A stretch of DNA of 62,777 bases, counting the filler. It is 12 parts of 12 records of this genome, joined end to end, with 100 filler letters (N's around TTAATTAATTAA, not from the genome) between each part and the next. Parts side by side here need not be neighbours in the genome. Positions count along the whole stretch, not along the records: positions 27,568 to 32,183 come from SRR7504441_17427; positions 32,284 to 36,045 come from SRR7504441_17428; positions 36,146 to 39,454 come from SRR7504441_17439; positions 39,555 to 43,252 come from SRR7504441_17442; 8 more parts are not named here. One strand, 5' to 3'. This document shows, one piece after another, positions 31,198-41,833 of this stretch. Every line of letters begins with the position of its first letter. Position 1 is the first letter of the stretch. The translations under genes and the position numbers were made by a program. The notes beneath the pieces were generated by a model. It worked only from the letters and a program-made list of their open reading frames with translations, was not told the origin of the DNA and ran no database searches.

Positions 31198-31839
31198 CTA
31201 GAAGATCCAGCCCGAGTGAGACATGACACCGACAAACAGCAACCCGTACCACACAACAGCCGCCCCGAAGGTCCGTTGGCCCTCATAGGAAGACAAGTCG
31301 GTGCATTTGGCCCAGTCCCACTGGGCGCTCTTGCCGCCATCGAGGCAGTTTTCGATTAGCCTGATTTGAGCCAACGGAGAGGGATGACGATCAGGCATCT
31401 CCTGATCGCTCCAGCGCACGCTCTTCTTGGGCGGCAACAGCTTGGCCCGGCTCGGCCGCTGGGAGAACCCGGGGCACCAGCCGGGGCCCTTGGCCAGGAC
31501 CGCCGCCGGCTGTGTGCGCGGCGCCAGCCGGATAGTGGGGCGGAGCTTGTCGGTTGTGATAACCGCGTCCGGTCGGACTTCGGAGCTCGACCAGAGCTTT
31601 TCCGTTGAGATCACCGCGTCGGTGGACTCCAGCGGCTCGTCCAGCCCCGGGGGGAGGACCGGCCCTAGCCTGGAGGCATCCCCGAGCGGGAGGGCGGGCG
31701 ACAGGCTCTCTTGGAGCGCCAATCCAGCGGGGTCGGCCCCGGCGTAGGAGAGTCCGTTGGCGGTTATGGCGCATGTGAGAAGCACCTGGGCGGTGGCGTT
31801 GAGCGCCGAGCGCTTCTTGCGAGCACTGCGTGACGGCAT
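31198..31839 (-). CDS. Hypothetical membrane-anchored protein with PP1-docking-like KKSVRW motif
   Basis: N- and C-terminal hydrophobic segments; KKSVRWSD...PLAQIRLI. Confidence 0.5.
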   Translation of the reverse strand: MPSRSARKKRSALNATAQVLLTCAITANGLSYAGADPAGLALQESLSPALPLGDASRLGPVLPPGLDEPLESTDAVISTEKLWSSSEVRPDAVITTDKLRPTIRLAPRTQPAAVLAKGPGWCPGFSQRPSRAKLLPPKKSVRWSDQEMPDRHPSPLAQIRLIENCLDGGKSAQWDWAKCTDLSSYEGQRTFGAAVVWYGLLFVGVMSHSGWIF

Positions 31840-32283
31840 GGTTGACGAGGTCTTGGCAACCACCCGTTCCGTTGTGCAACCGACAATCGCGTATCGAGAC
31901 CGATGAATGGTTAAATCATTTTATTCAGCAAATTAATGCTAAATAGCGTAGACTCGTGCTGCAACAGTCGATGCGTCTTGATGACGCCTTCGAACCACAT
32001 GCATGTCATATTGTACATGGTTGGGTAAAACATTCAGTTCACCTCAACCTCAAACCTGCGCTTAGGCTAGACACTTCCGACCCGCTGCCTCCAGCCTTGG
32101 TCTTGTGCTTGTCGCACGGGCCTGCGCTCTGTCAGTCAGCCCGGCCCGGCCGCTCACCAAATACTCTCCAGAATCGGAGTGTCNNNNNNNNNNNNNNNNN
32201 NNNNNNNNNNNNNNNNNNNNNNNNNNNTTAATTAATTAANNNNNNNNNNNNNNNNNNNNNNNNNNNNNNNNNNNNNNNNNNNN

Positions 32284-33895
32284 TGGAGCAGCTGCTGGCG
32301 GCCAAGGCCGACGCGGATGCCAAAGACCGGGTGCCGCCGGCTTCACTCGCGGCCGGAGCGAGCACCGGGGGCAGAACGGGGCGACGGCGCTGCACTTCGC
32401 GGCATTCGAAGGCGAGACGGTGACGATGGAGCTGCTCCTGGCGGGGGCGGTCGGGTTGGACGGGGTTGGCCTCCCCGTCAAGGCCGACGTTCGTGCCACT
32501 AACAAGGTCCCCCCCCCGGGCCTGAGGCCGGACCGGCGGGGTAGGATGGGGCCACGGCACTCCACTTCGCGGCTTACGCCGGGCAGACGGGGGCGGTCGA
32601 GCTGCTGCTGGGTCGGGGGGCCCAGGCGCAGGCCGAGACCTCCCAGTCGGAAACGCCGCTCATGCTGGCTGAGATGTACAAGCACCGCGAGACGGCCGCC
32701 GTGCTCCGGCAGGCGAGTGCCGGTGTGGTCGGCTTCGCGGGGCAAGACGTGCTGCGCGCGGCCGAGATGGGCGATGCGGGGCGGCTGGGCGAGATGATCG
32801 ATCTTAGTCCGATGGCTGTGCTCGCGACCAAGGACCAGGCGGGTCGGGCCAGGGGCTGGCGAGTCATGCTGGAGGGGCAGCTCGGGAGCACGGCGCTCCA
32901 CTTTGCGGCCTACGCCGGGCAGATGGCGACGGCCGAGCTGCTGCTGAATGCCAAGGCCGACGCAAATGCCAAGACGCTGGTGCGCTTGGTCAGCCGGATA
33001 GCCGCGAGCGCTGGGCAGACTGGGAGGACAGCCTTGCACCAGGCAGCCAGGTACGGGCAAGCCAGGGTAGTGCAGATGCTGCTCAACTTCAGGGCCGATG
33101 CGAATACCAAAGATGGGGTGAGTTGGAGCGAGTGCCGAGCTGAGCCTGGGCACAGGACGGTTACACAGCACTCGAGTGGGCGCAGTACAATGTGTGAGTC
33201 TGGGCCATCTTACTAAGCTGAGTGTTGCACTCCAGCGATGATCGGAAGCTCCCTCGCGCCCAAGCGCTCAAGCTGATGCGCGTGATCGACGTGCTGTTCA
33301 GACCGCAGACCGAGGAAGAACTGCAAGCCCTCAAAGTGTTCAACGCGGCCGGGCTTGGGAACGCGACCTTGCTGAGAGCCATGCTCAAGGAAGATAAGGC
33401 TGGGGTGCTGGCGCTCAGAGACAAGGTATGCTGGCCTGAGCATGGCTCAGCCCGAGGGGCAGGGCGGGGACTCGGTGCTCCACAAGGCCGCTTTCAGAGG
33501 CGAAGCGGAGACAGTCGGACTGCTGCTGAATGCCAAGGTCGACATCAATGCGGCCAACCAGGTGGTTTTAGTCAATGCTAGCCAGCTGAGCCCGGGCAGG
33601 CGATGGACACGGCGCTTCACTTCGCGGCTTACAAAGGCAACGTCGGCACCGTCGAAATGCTGGTGAACGCCAAGGCCGATCTGGATGCCAGGAATAGGGT
33701 GCAAACTGGAGCGGTGGGTTAGCTCAGGTACGGCTGCAGGTTAACGACACTCCGCTCCAGTGGGCCATAAAGAGGAAGCGTAGAGAGAGAGCAGAAAATA
33801 AAGAGAGACCAAAAGGCGTCAGCCTAAGTATGGAATACACCAAGACCATCGCCGTACTGCGCGCGGTGCTGGGCACGACTATGGCGTACACCTAA
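32284..33895 (+). CDS. Ankyrin-repeat protein, multi-exon, 5' truncated
   Basis: Repeats GATALHFAAFEG, GATALHFAAYAG, GSTALHFAAYAG, GRTALHQAARYG, GDSVLHKAAFRG, DTALHFAAYKG, separated by ~40-nt introns (GC-AG at 32839-32880). Confidence 0.88.
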
Positions 33896-34526
33896 GCTTG
33901 GGCTTGTGTTAGGCTATAACGCAACCAGAGCCGGAGCCGGATAACGCGACCAAAGCCGCAGGGAGAAAGTACCCGAGAGGAGACTGGTACAACCCCCAAA
34001 ACCATGCTCCGGTGAAGGCAGAGTCCGTCAGCAGTGGATTGGATCAGGCGGTCACCACTGAAAACAACACGGTCGTGGATCTTAACCTGCCCTCGAACGT
34101 GGTAGCTGCTCGAGCTGGTATAGGTGGGCACGTGAGCGCGAGCGGCCCCAAAAACAATCGTAGATCAAAGCATCTTCCGCGTTGTTCACCTCTGTCCAAA
34201 GACACCATCCAGGGGGCTCTGTCCGAAGCGCACGGTCCACAAACAAGCCGTGCTAGAATGCCAACGGGCCCCGAAGGAATCCCCCCGCCCCAAGCGCCCG
34301 ATATCTAGCTCAAACACCCAAGTCTCTAGACGTTTGAGCACGCTAGAGTTAACTCTAGACGTTAACTCCAGACCTGGGTGTGATCTAGAGCTCAATGAAT
34401 TTTACATTGTCCTGCACTATGTCTATGCTTGCTATAGATGAGTACATCTATGAATAATTTGTATACATGATTGTGTGCTGATTGCACGGTCATGATGTCA
34501 AAGTAACCCGGCGATGGTCTCTAGGG

Positions 34527-35945
34527 CTACTCGCTGAACACGAGCTGCTCGAGCTGGTCCTCGATGCACTCGGCCCGCTCGAGCTGCTCGAGCTGCAGGA
34601 TGGCTGCCCCCAGCGCCTCCACCGCATCCATGTTGGTTACACCCGCCGAGCTGCAGAGCAACAAAAACTTCTGGGTGAGCTCGGTGTCGGTCGGGGGCGG
34701 CTGGTCCTTGAAGCTGTCCCACTCGACTTGTTTGAGCCCCGAGCTGAGCGTCGGGCCGCCTGCCAAGTGAGCCAGCACCTCCGCGCAGTTGTCGTGCGTC
34801 TTGGTCTCGCCGAGTTTCTGTTGCTCAAACCGCGGGTGGGTAGAGGCTTTGGTCCGGGAGAGCAGCTGGGCCAGCGGCTGGTTGTGCCGGTACTGGGCCT
34901 CGCTCACATCGACCACTCCGCTCACCATGACCGAGGCCACCCCGTAGTTGAGGTTGTACTGCGCCTGGTCGCTGTTCTGCGGCTGCTGCTGGTACAGCGA
35001 GAGCGCCTCCGGGAAGGTGAGCACCTCCAACCGCTCGACCTCATCTACCGTCCGGCCGGCCTCGCCCAGCTGCCGCCGCAGCTCGATTCCGCCGTGGATC
35101 GCAGCCTGAGCCCAGTAGCAGCCCGGATGTCGCTTGTAGACGTGATACACACAGATCTGCCAACTCGTGCCCAGATCAGCCCATACCGTCCGGCCATCCG
35201 CGTCGGCCGTGAGCGTGCTGGCCCCGGCGGTGAACCCGGATGAGGCGAGCATCGCCCCGCTGACCCCGCTCCAGGCCCCAAACCCGCTCCCATCCTTCAC
35301 CATCGCCGGATTGCTCATCACAGTCAGCACGTCCCCGCGCGGGCTATGGTACTCGGCGATCGCCAGCGCGTGCAGCGTCTGCTCCTCGGACAGACCGAAC
35401 CGGCGGGCGCACATGGCGGCCACCCCGACAGTGTTCCAGGCCCCGGAGGTGTAGTAAGGCCCGCGGTCGTGATCACTTGTGGCCGCCAGAGTCTCGCCAG
35501 CCCGGTAGGCCACCTCGTAGCCCACCAGCAGCAGCGTGATGAGCTCCCGCCCGGTCAGCCCCTCCCCGTACCCCGGTCTCTCAGCCAGATGATCCAACCC
35601 GCCAATCTCCGCCAGCGGCCTAGCCAGCAGCAGCGCGGCCGGCACCAGGGCGGCCCCGGCGTGCCCCTTGGCGTTGTGTCCGGAGTCGTGCTGGTCGAGC
35701 TGGTCCACCGTCAGCGCGTTGGCCATCGCCGCCCCCACGGCCGACACTTGGCCACCCCCGCACCAGAGCCGGCCGCCGGTGCCTCCGTACATTGCCTGGG
35801 CGAACCGGCGGATGATCTTCGAGCCAGGGAGCGGGAGCGCGGCCACCGCCACCCCCAGTGTGTCGAGCAGCGCCCGCTTGGCCTCGTGCGCCGCCGCGGC
35901 CGGGACCTGATCGAACTCGAGCTCGTGAATCCACCTCACCGCCAT
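34527..35945 (-). CDS. MmgE/PrpD family protein (2-methylcitrate dehydratase fold), substrate unknown; start may extend upstream
   Basis: AKRALLDTLGVA, AAMANA..LDQHDS..KGHAG, LVGYEVA, YTSGAW, ALAIAE, MVKDGSGFG, YKRHPGCYWAQ, AQYNLNY, KFL. No introns in 472 codons. Confidence 0.85.
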   Translation of the reverse strand: MAVRWIHELEFDQVPAAAAHEAKRALLDTLGVAVAALPLPGSKIIRRFAQAMYGGTGGRLWCGGGQVSAVGAAMANALTVDQLDQHDSGHNAKGHAGAALVPAALLLARPLAEIGGLDHLAERPGYGEGLTGRELITLLLVGYEVAYRAGETLAATSDHDRGPYYTSGAWNTVGVAAMCARRFGLSEEQTLHALAIAEYHSPRGDVLTVMSNPAMVKDGSGFGAWSGVSGAMLASSGFTAGASTLTADADGRTVWADLGTSWQICVYHVYKRHPGCYWAQAAIHGGIELRRQLGEAGRTVDEVERLEVLTFPEALSLYQQQPQNSDQAQYNLNYGVASVMVSGVVDVSEAQYRHNQPLAQLLSRTKASTHPRFEQQKLGETKTHDNCAEVLAHLAGGPTLSSGLKQVEWDSFKDQPPPTDTELTQKFLLLCSSAGVTNMDAVEALGAAILQLEQLERAECIEDQLEQLVFSE

Positions 35946-36345
35946 CCGCAGGCGTTTTTGCCGGTTCGGAGCAGCTGCAGGCAGAGAGTTGGGACAGCCG
36001 ACAGCAAGGATGCCTTGCCCCCATGGCCGGCGGCGCAGCCAATGCNNNNNNNNNNNNNNNNNNNNNNNNNNNNNNNNNNNNNNNNNNNNTTAATTAATTA
36101 ANNNNNNNNNNNNNNNNNNNNNNNNNNNNNNNNNNNNNNNNNNNNGTGTCCTCTCGACTCAAAAAAAAAAAAGAGTACTCGTATACTCGTATTTTAAATG
36201 TTGGCCACAAGCACACTTCATCCTTACCTTGCAACCTTACCAATCATCGTGGAACTCCGGGGTTACTCGTAATACTCGACATTACTCGTAACGTCGTACT
36301 TAATAACGGAATAAGGACGCACAGATTGTCAATTAATTAATTGGT

Positions 36346-36876
36346 TCATGAGGCTGAGGAGCTACTAGATGAATCTGAGCTGGACGACGATGAAGATGCC
36401 GACTCGTTGTTCTGGGACTCGCCACGCTTTGTTGGGCTACTTCGTAGTCGCTTTGGGGCCACGCGGTCTACATCCTTCGCCCCAGGCTCGCCAGCACCGG
36501 GCAGCGGCACACCTGCGGCCGGATGTGCTTGAGCGAGACGACCCGAGTGTCCAGCCTCTCGAGCACCCACTGGCCGCTCTGGAACACCAGCAGGAACTCG
36601 CGGCCGGTCCCGCCCTCCTTCTCGGGCTGGTCCTGCCCCTCGAGCACGATCTCGTCCTCGCCCTGCGCGCCAGCTCAGCCCAGCGGAGCAGCAGCGCGCC
36701 TTTGGGCCTTGGAAGCTCACAATCCGGGTTTTGCCGCGCTGCTCCATGGCGCCGTCCCGCCCGTCGATCGAGGCGGGCTTAAAATCGTACTTGAAGGTGG
36801 CGCAGCCAGTGGCCGCGCCCTGCATGCTGCTCCCGAGCACCACATTGTACGCCTCGTCCGGGGCAGGGGCCTGCAT
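36346..36876 (-). CDS. ELL-associated factor (EAF)-like transcription elongation factor; one intron
   Basis: YNVVLGSS..TFKYDFKPASID..EFLLVF..WVLERL; Ser-rich tail. Confidence 0.75.
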   Translation of the reverse strand: MQAPAPDEAYNVVLGSSMQGAATGCATFKYDFKPASIDGRDGAMEQRGKTRIVSFQGPKARCCSAGLSWRAGRGRDRARGAGPAREGGRDRPRVPAGVPERPVGAREAGHSGRLAQAHPAAGVPLPGAGEPGAKDVDRVAPKRLRSSPTKRGESQNNESASSSSSSSDSSSSSSAS

Positions 36877-36984
36877 CCAGCTCTGCCCAGCGCGAGGTGG
36901 CCCCCAGTGCCCCGCAAGGCGGTGCCCGCGCCGTGCAGTTGGGTGAAACAACGGAACGATCTGCCGGCCGGCCGCGGCTACAGT

Positions 36985-37933
36985 ATGTCACGGTGGCTGA
37001 TGGTGACGCTGGTGGCGACGCTGGCTTGGGGCAAGGAGCTCACCCGAGATAGCTGGGATGCGGATACGCGCGGCAAGCATCTTCTGGTGGCGCACTTTGC
37101 ACCCGGGTGCCCCCAGTGCGAGGCGCTCAAGCCGATCTGGACCGAGCTGGAGCAGCAGCACGCGGCCAGCCCGGAGCTGCTGGTCGGGCACGTGGACTGC
37201 AACGCCGAGCACAAGCGGTGCGCGCACCAGCCCAGCGCCGGACTCAGGCTCCGGCAGGTACAGCGCTCAGGATAAGAAGCGAAGAGCGGGCGAGTGCACC
37301 GCGGCCGACGACGGGCTGCCGTGGCCGAGCGTCTGCGAACTGAACAACATCAGCTCCATTCCGACAGTGATGCACGGAGACCCGTACAACTTGACTCGCT
37401 ACCTCGGAGAGCGCGACCCCCAAGCTCTGGCGGCGCTGGCACAGCAGACCGCAGAATCCTGCTCGATCTCGCGGACCGACAGATGCAGCGCCGAGCAGCT
37501 GGCGGGGATAGCCCAAGTCAAGTCAATGAGCGCGGCCCAACTCACCGCTGCAATTGATCAGGTAGAAGCCGACTTGATGGCTGCGTATGCCGATTACAAA
37601 GTTCAGTTTGACAAGCGGCTAGCTCAGTACGTCAAAGCATTCCAGGCCAAGGAGAGGGGAATCAAGGCGAAGAAGAAGGAGCTGAGCCAAGCTGAGGCCA
37701 GTGATGAAGTAGCAAAGCAGATCAAACATCAAGATATCTTGATGAAAGGGCTCCACTATTCTACGGGTGCAGAATTCAAAGCGATTGATGCAAAGATGAA
37801 CGCGGAGCGACTCGTAGCCTACAACGCTTTCAGGGACTCAAAGTTGGCAATGATGAAAGCAGCGTTGCTCCAAACTCTCTCAGGGAGTGGTGAGGGCCAC
37901 AGTATGGGCCGTCACGAGAAGAACGAACTATGA
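36985..37933 (+). CDS. ER-lumenal thioredoxin/PDI-like protein with coiled-coil C-terminus; one intron
   Basis: Signal peptide, FAPGCPQCEALKPIW, GHVDCN, IPTVMHGDP, C-terminal KNEL (xDEL-like). Confidence 0.78.
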
Positions 37934-38068
37934 ATGCGCCACGTACCGTACTCTCTGTTCGAATTCGATTGTATTCGACGCGTATAATATTAAAGTTTAC
38001 GTAACTACACGGCCTAAGGACTTCAAGCGTGTTGACCGGTAATACATGCGGCATTGGTATTACATGTA

Positions 38069-39454
38069 TCAAATTCGCTCGCCTCGCAATATTTTTGTCA
38101 TGTGAGTATGTGAGTGCTCAAAAAAACTCAATGGGCGCCTCCTCACGTACACGTGCATGTCTCTGTCCTGAGGGTACGCTGCGTACAACTTGTGACTGGG
38201 CTTTGGATGCTTCTTGTTCCATCTGCTCGGCATCCAGTTGTGCTTTGTGCGCATTTGCTTCCAGTTTGGATGCAAAAGAATGCTCCCTCTAGCTCACTGG
38301 ACCGTTTCATAGCCACATTCAAGTCCTTATCAACTGTAGAGAGAGCAGCAACTGATGTCTGCTCACCGTCTTTCTTGGTCAGACTTTCCACCCTGTCTTT
38401 GGCTTTGGTACAACCCTTTGAGCTCTCTGCAACTTTCTTAGCAAGAACAATGGCCTCATTCCATGTTTTGGGATCAAATCCAGCAGTCAAGGCCTTGAGC
38501 TTAGCCTTTCCTTGCTTTTTCAACTCTTCCACACGTCTCTCAGCTTCTTGGCGTGCCTCTGGTGTTTTGGCCTTATGCAATTCCTGCTCTGCTTGATCCA
38601 CCTTTTCTTCAATCGCCTCCCGCGTGGACTTGAGTTTCTTGTCTTCCTTCTTAATTTGCTGGGCAATGATCTTCTCCTGAACTCTGTCACTGTCCTGACG
38701 TTTAACATTTGATTCTATTCCAGAGAGTTTACCTTGAACAATTGAAATCTGTTTTGCAATTTTCTTCCTTTCCTTTAGGTTTGAAGCAGCTTTCAACGCG
38801 GCCTCGTCTCTTTCAAGCTGCAGAACTAATGACTTTCGCTGCAATTGCTGTTGCTTGGGCTCTCTGCCGGGGGGTAGTTTGCAGACACCACATGATAGTG
38901 GACACATCTTCTGGTACATCTGTCCTACCTCTGCATGCCGGCACAAATCTGGTCTAAGCGGACAAGTCTTCTTATGCTTTGCTTCATCAGCACAGTTTGC
39001 CTCGACTTTTGGAATGGGTTTTGGAAGCTGATTGCGCTCGCTGCTCCGCCTCTCGCGCAGCAATCCTAGCCTGTTTGAGGAATTTTACCCTCTCCACAGA
39101 TTGGGACCTGGCTGCAGATGCGCGTAGATCAATCAACAGGGCCTGTGCACTATCACACTTGCTCTCTAGCTTCTTCGTACTCTGATAAAGCGCCTCCTTA
39201 CGGGCTTCCTTTCTTCTTCTGGCCTCTTCCGCTGACATTGATTTCTCCATTTCTGCTGAATGCTCCACTGTTAAAGCGTCTGAGGCCCCTCTAGCAGCAT
39301 TGGCTGCATCGCAAATTTGCTTCATCGCTTGTTGTGCGGTACGAGCCTGTGAAACCAAGGTCAAATTACCAGGTGTAGCATTCAGCTCGTGCTGCAAGGT
39401 GTCCAACTTTGCTCGCGGCCTTCGCGCAAGTAGCTTCTGCCTTTGACTTTGCAG
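38069..39454 (-). pseudogene. Coiled-coil protein containing a ShKT domain (38881-38994); frameshifted or rearranged, 5' truncated
   Basis: CADEAKHKKTCPLRPDLC...YQKMCPLSCGVC has the ShKT six-Cys pattern. The frame changes near 39000-39035 (and possibly near 38280) with no GT-AG intron visible. Confidence 0.55.
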
Positions 39455-39554
39455 NNNNNNNNNNNNNNNNNNNNNNNNNNNNNNNNNNNNNNNNNNNNTT
39501 AATTAATTAANNNNNNNNNNNNNNNNNNNNNNNNNNNNNNNNNNNNNNNNNNNN

Positions 39555-41585
39555 CTTGGAGACGAAGCGTGCTTTGTTCCCACGATTTTACTTCGTATCT
39601 GATCCAGTTCTTCTGGAAATATTGAGCCAGGGATCTGCTTCTATTTCAGCTAATTTGGTTTCAATTGCGAGCTCCTTATACGGGTCGATTCCTGGTACAC
39701 TTGGACCATTCTTCTCGTAGCTGTCCCGGAATGCTTTTGCATTCTTTGTAAACTGCGTAACATCCTGAACTAAGCCACTCTTATAGGCGACTTGTGGAAA
39801 TTGATTAAATATTGTTGAATTTCCTGCTCTGCACCGAGCAAGGCACCTGTAAGCAACAACACCAGCTTGCAGACTTCCTTTTCCTTACAAAGGGGCTCAT
39901 AAAAGGACAACAGCTTGTTGTCATCCTCACGGTCCTGCATCCCACATGTCATTAACGACAAGCATGCAAAAGCAATAACATTCAAAAGGGAAAACAGAGA
40001 GGTTAGATGTACCTGCCCCCAAACCATCCTGCAAGAACAAAGGTGTATCAAAAAGCGAAATCCGGGAGAGGACATACCGATTCTCAATGATGTCAGAAAT
40101 CTTGGAGACTAGTTCACCCATCTTAGTCATTGCTTCTTCAATATTTTTGAGGTAGTCATCAATTTTGAGTGACGACCATGTTATGTGATGTAGCCCAGGC
40201 AAGATTCGAGCGTCTAGGTCATTCAGGTGATACTCAAGGAGCTTGCGCAATTGAGGGGTAGCAATACGGCTTTGTATCTGCTCATACTCATGTATTGTGG
40301 ACAGAATCTTACTGTAGTCAATCTTAAACTTCTCCCCTTGCATAGACACCATCCGAGCCTCATCTGGTACAGCAGCACCCAGCCAAATAAGCAACTTAGT
40401 TTCTCGGATCAGCTGCAAGATTTCTAAGTCAAAGTTTGCATAGAGCTTCTGGTGATTATGAGGATTTGCAATGATCAGCGTAGCTTGCAGCCCAGCTTTT
40501 GCTGTAGAAATGGATGAACACCAAGCATCATGCCACAGAGCTTCAAACTGGACCAAAGCAGATGCAACGCGATTATAAGTGCGAATGATCTTGCGAGATT
40601 CCTGCAAAGCCATTGTTACCTTATTCGCTTGAAACTTCTTCATTTGAGCAATTGAATTAGGCTTTTGACAGTCACAGGTGCTGCTCACCTGTGATATGGT
40701 CGAGAAAAGTTCAACAACCATCTGAAGCCTCTTGTTGAACCTGCTTAGTTCAGCAAATATACTATCTTCATCTAGTTCAAAGTCGTCATGGACTTGATTT
40801 TGGTTCTGTTGAACGTCTCCTTCGGTCGCGCTCAAAGATCTTGACGACGCACCTCCAGCCAGCAACGGACACGATGCTGAGGTGGATACGAGCATCGTTC
40901 AGGACGAGGCTGTCGCCTCAAAAGCTATTTATTTCCAGCGAAATGGCAATAAGGCGCTCTCCCAAAATATGGAGCAGGCACGCTCTGTGCACCAGGATTT
41001 CACATCAGTTGATAAAGGTATAATTCAGGGTTGTGCTTCTGACCTGACCAACTTGTTGGCAGGTATGCAGAGGCTGGATTGGCACAGCAGATTCTTTATG
41101 GGAGGCAGCTCCTCTTGATGTGTGTTGCTTTGCTGCCCCTGAACTCACAACAACTTTTCCAGGTGGTGAAACGGAGTGAGCAGTGCATAGAACTGTATGA
41201 ATCGTACCTGACGGCGTACAACAAGGTCTGTAAGCCATCATTCATTATGGGCTATTTGACAGATTTTGATGTGCTAGCATTTATGACACTAGTTGCTCTT
41301 GTGTTTTGCAACGAAGTTGATCTGATACTGCAGGTCAAGGACAAGGCCCTACTATCACCAAAGCCTGTGGTGCCGTCAAAGTGAAAGGTCAGCTGGGACC
41401 GTCCATTCTGTTTGAAAAAGTCCTCCAGGCGCTCCACCACCTGCGTGCAGTGTGTTGGGCAGTGCTCAGTCACTGCGGCGACGCACCTGTGGCTGTGTAA
41501 AGTATCTTTCGATCTGTGAGGGGTCATCTTCAAGATTGCAGCAGGTGCACAGCCGGCTGATTAGGAACTTGTGCCGGGGGTCCAT
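39555..41585 (-). pseudogene. Axonemal outer-arm dynein heavy chain (gamma / DNAH5-8-like) N-terminal region, internally deleted with inverted segments
   Basis: Minus strand: [73 protein letters not shown]. Plus strand: KAIYFQR, SLWE..CIELYESY (40824-41369) and [26 protein letters not shown] (39556-39635). Confidence 0.8.
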
Positions 41586-41833
41586 CCCGGTGGGGCGAGC
41601 TGCCGGCTGCCGTGCGCACCAGGGACCGGAGCGCTGTTAGGGCTGCCCAGCTAGCCGTGCATGGATCCGCACAGCATCGGGCTGCGTCTCATACCCATCA
41701 TCCCGGGAGCCGCTCCACAGCAGGCCCGAAAATAAAATTGCTTTCCGTTACGCGTTCAACGTTCCTCAGACGGCGGCGTCAGTTGTAGTCGGGCGACTCG
41801 CATCGAGAGCCTCGTGACAGGGCGACAGAGGCG

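Noticed and set aside
33896-34441. Short ORFs downstream of the ankyrin gene
   Set aside because: No recognisable motif or convincing start.
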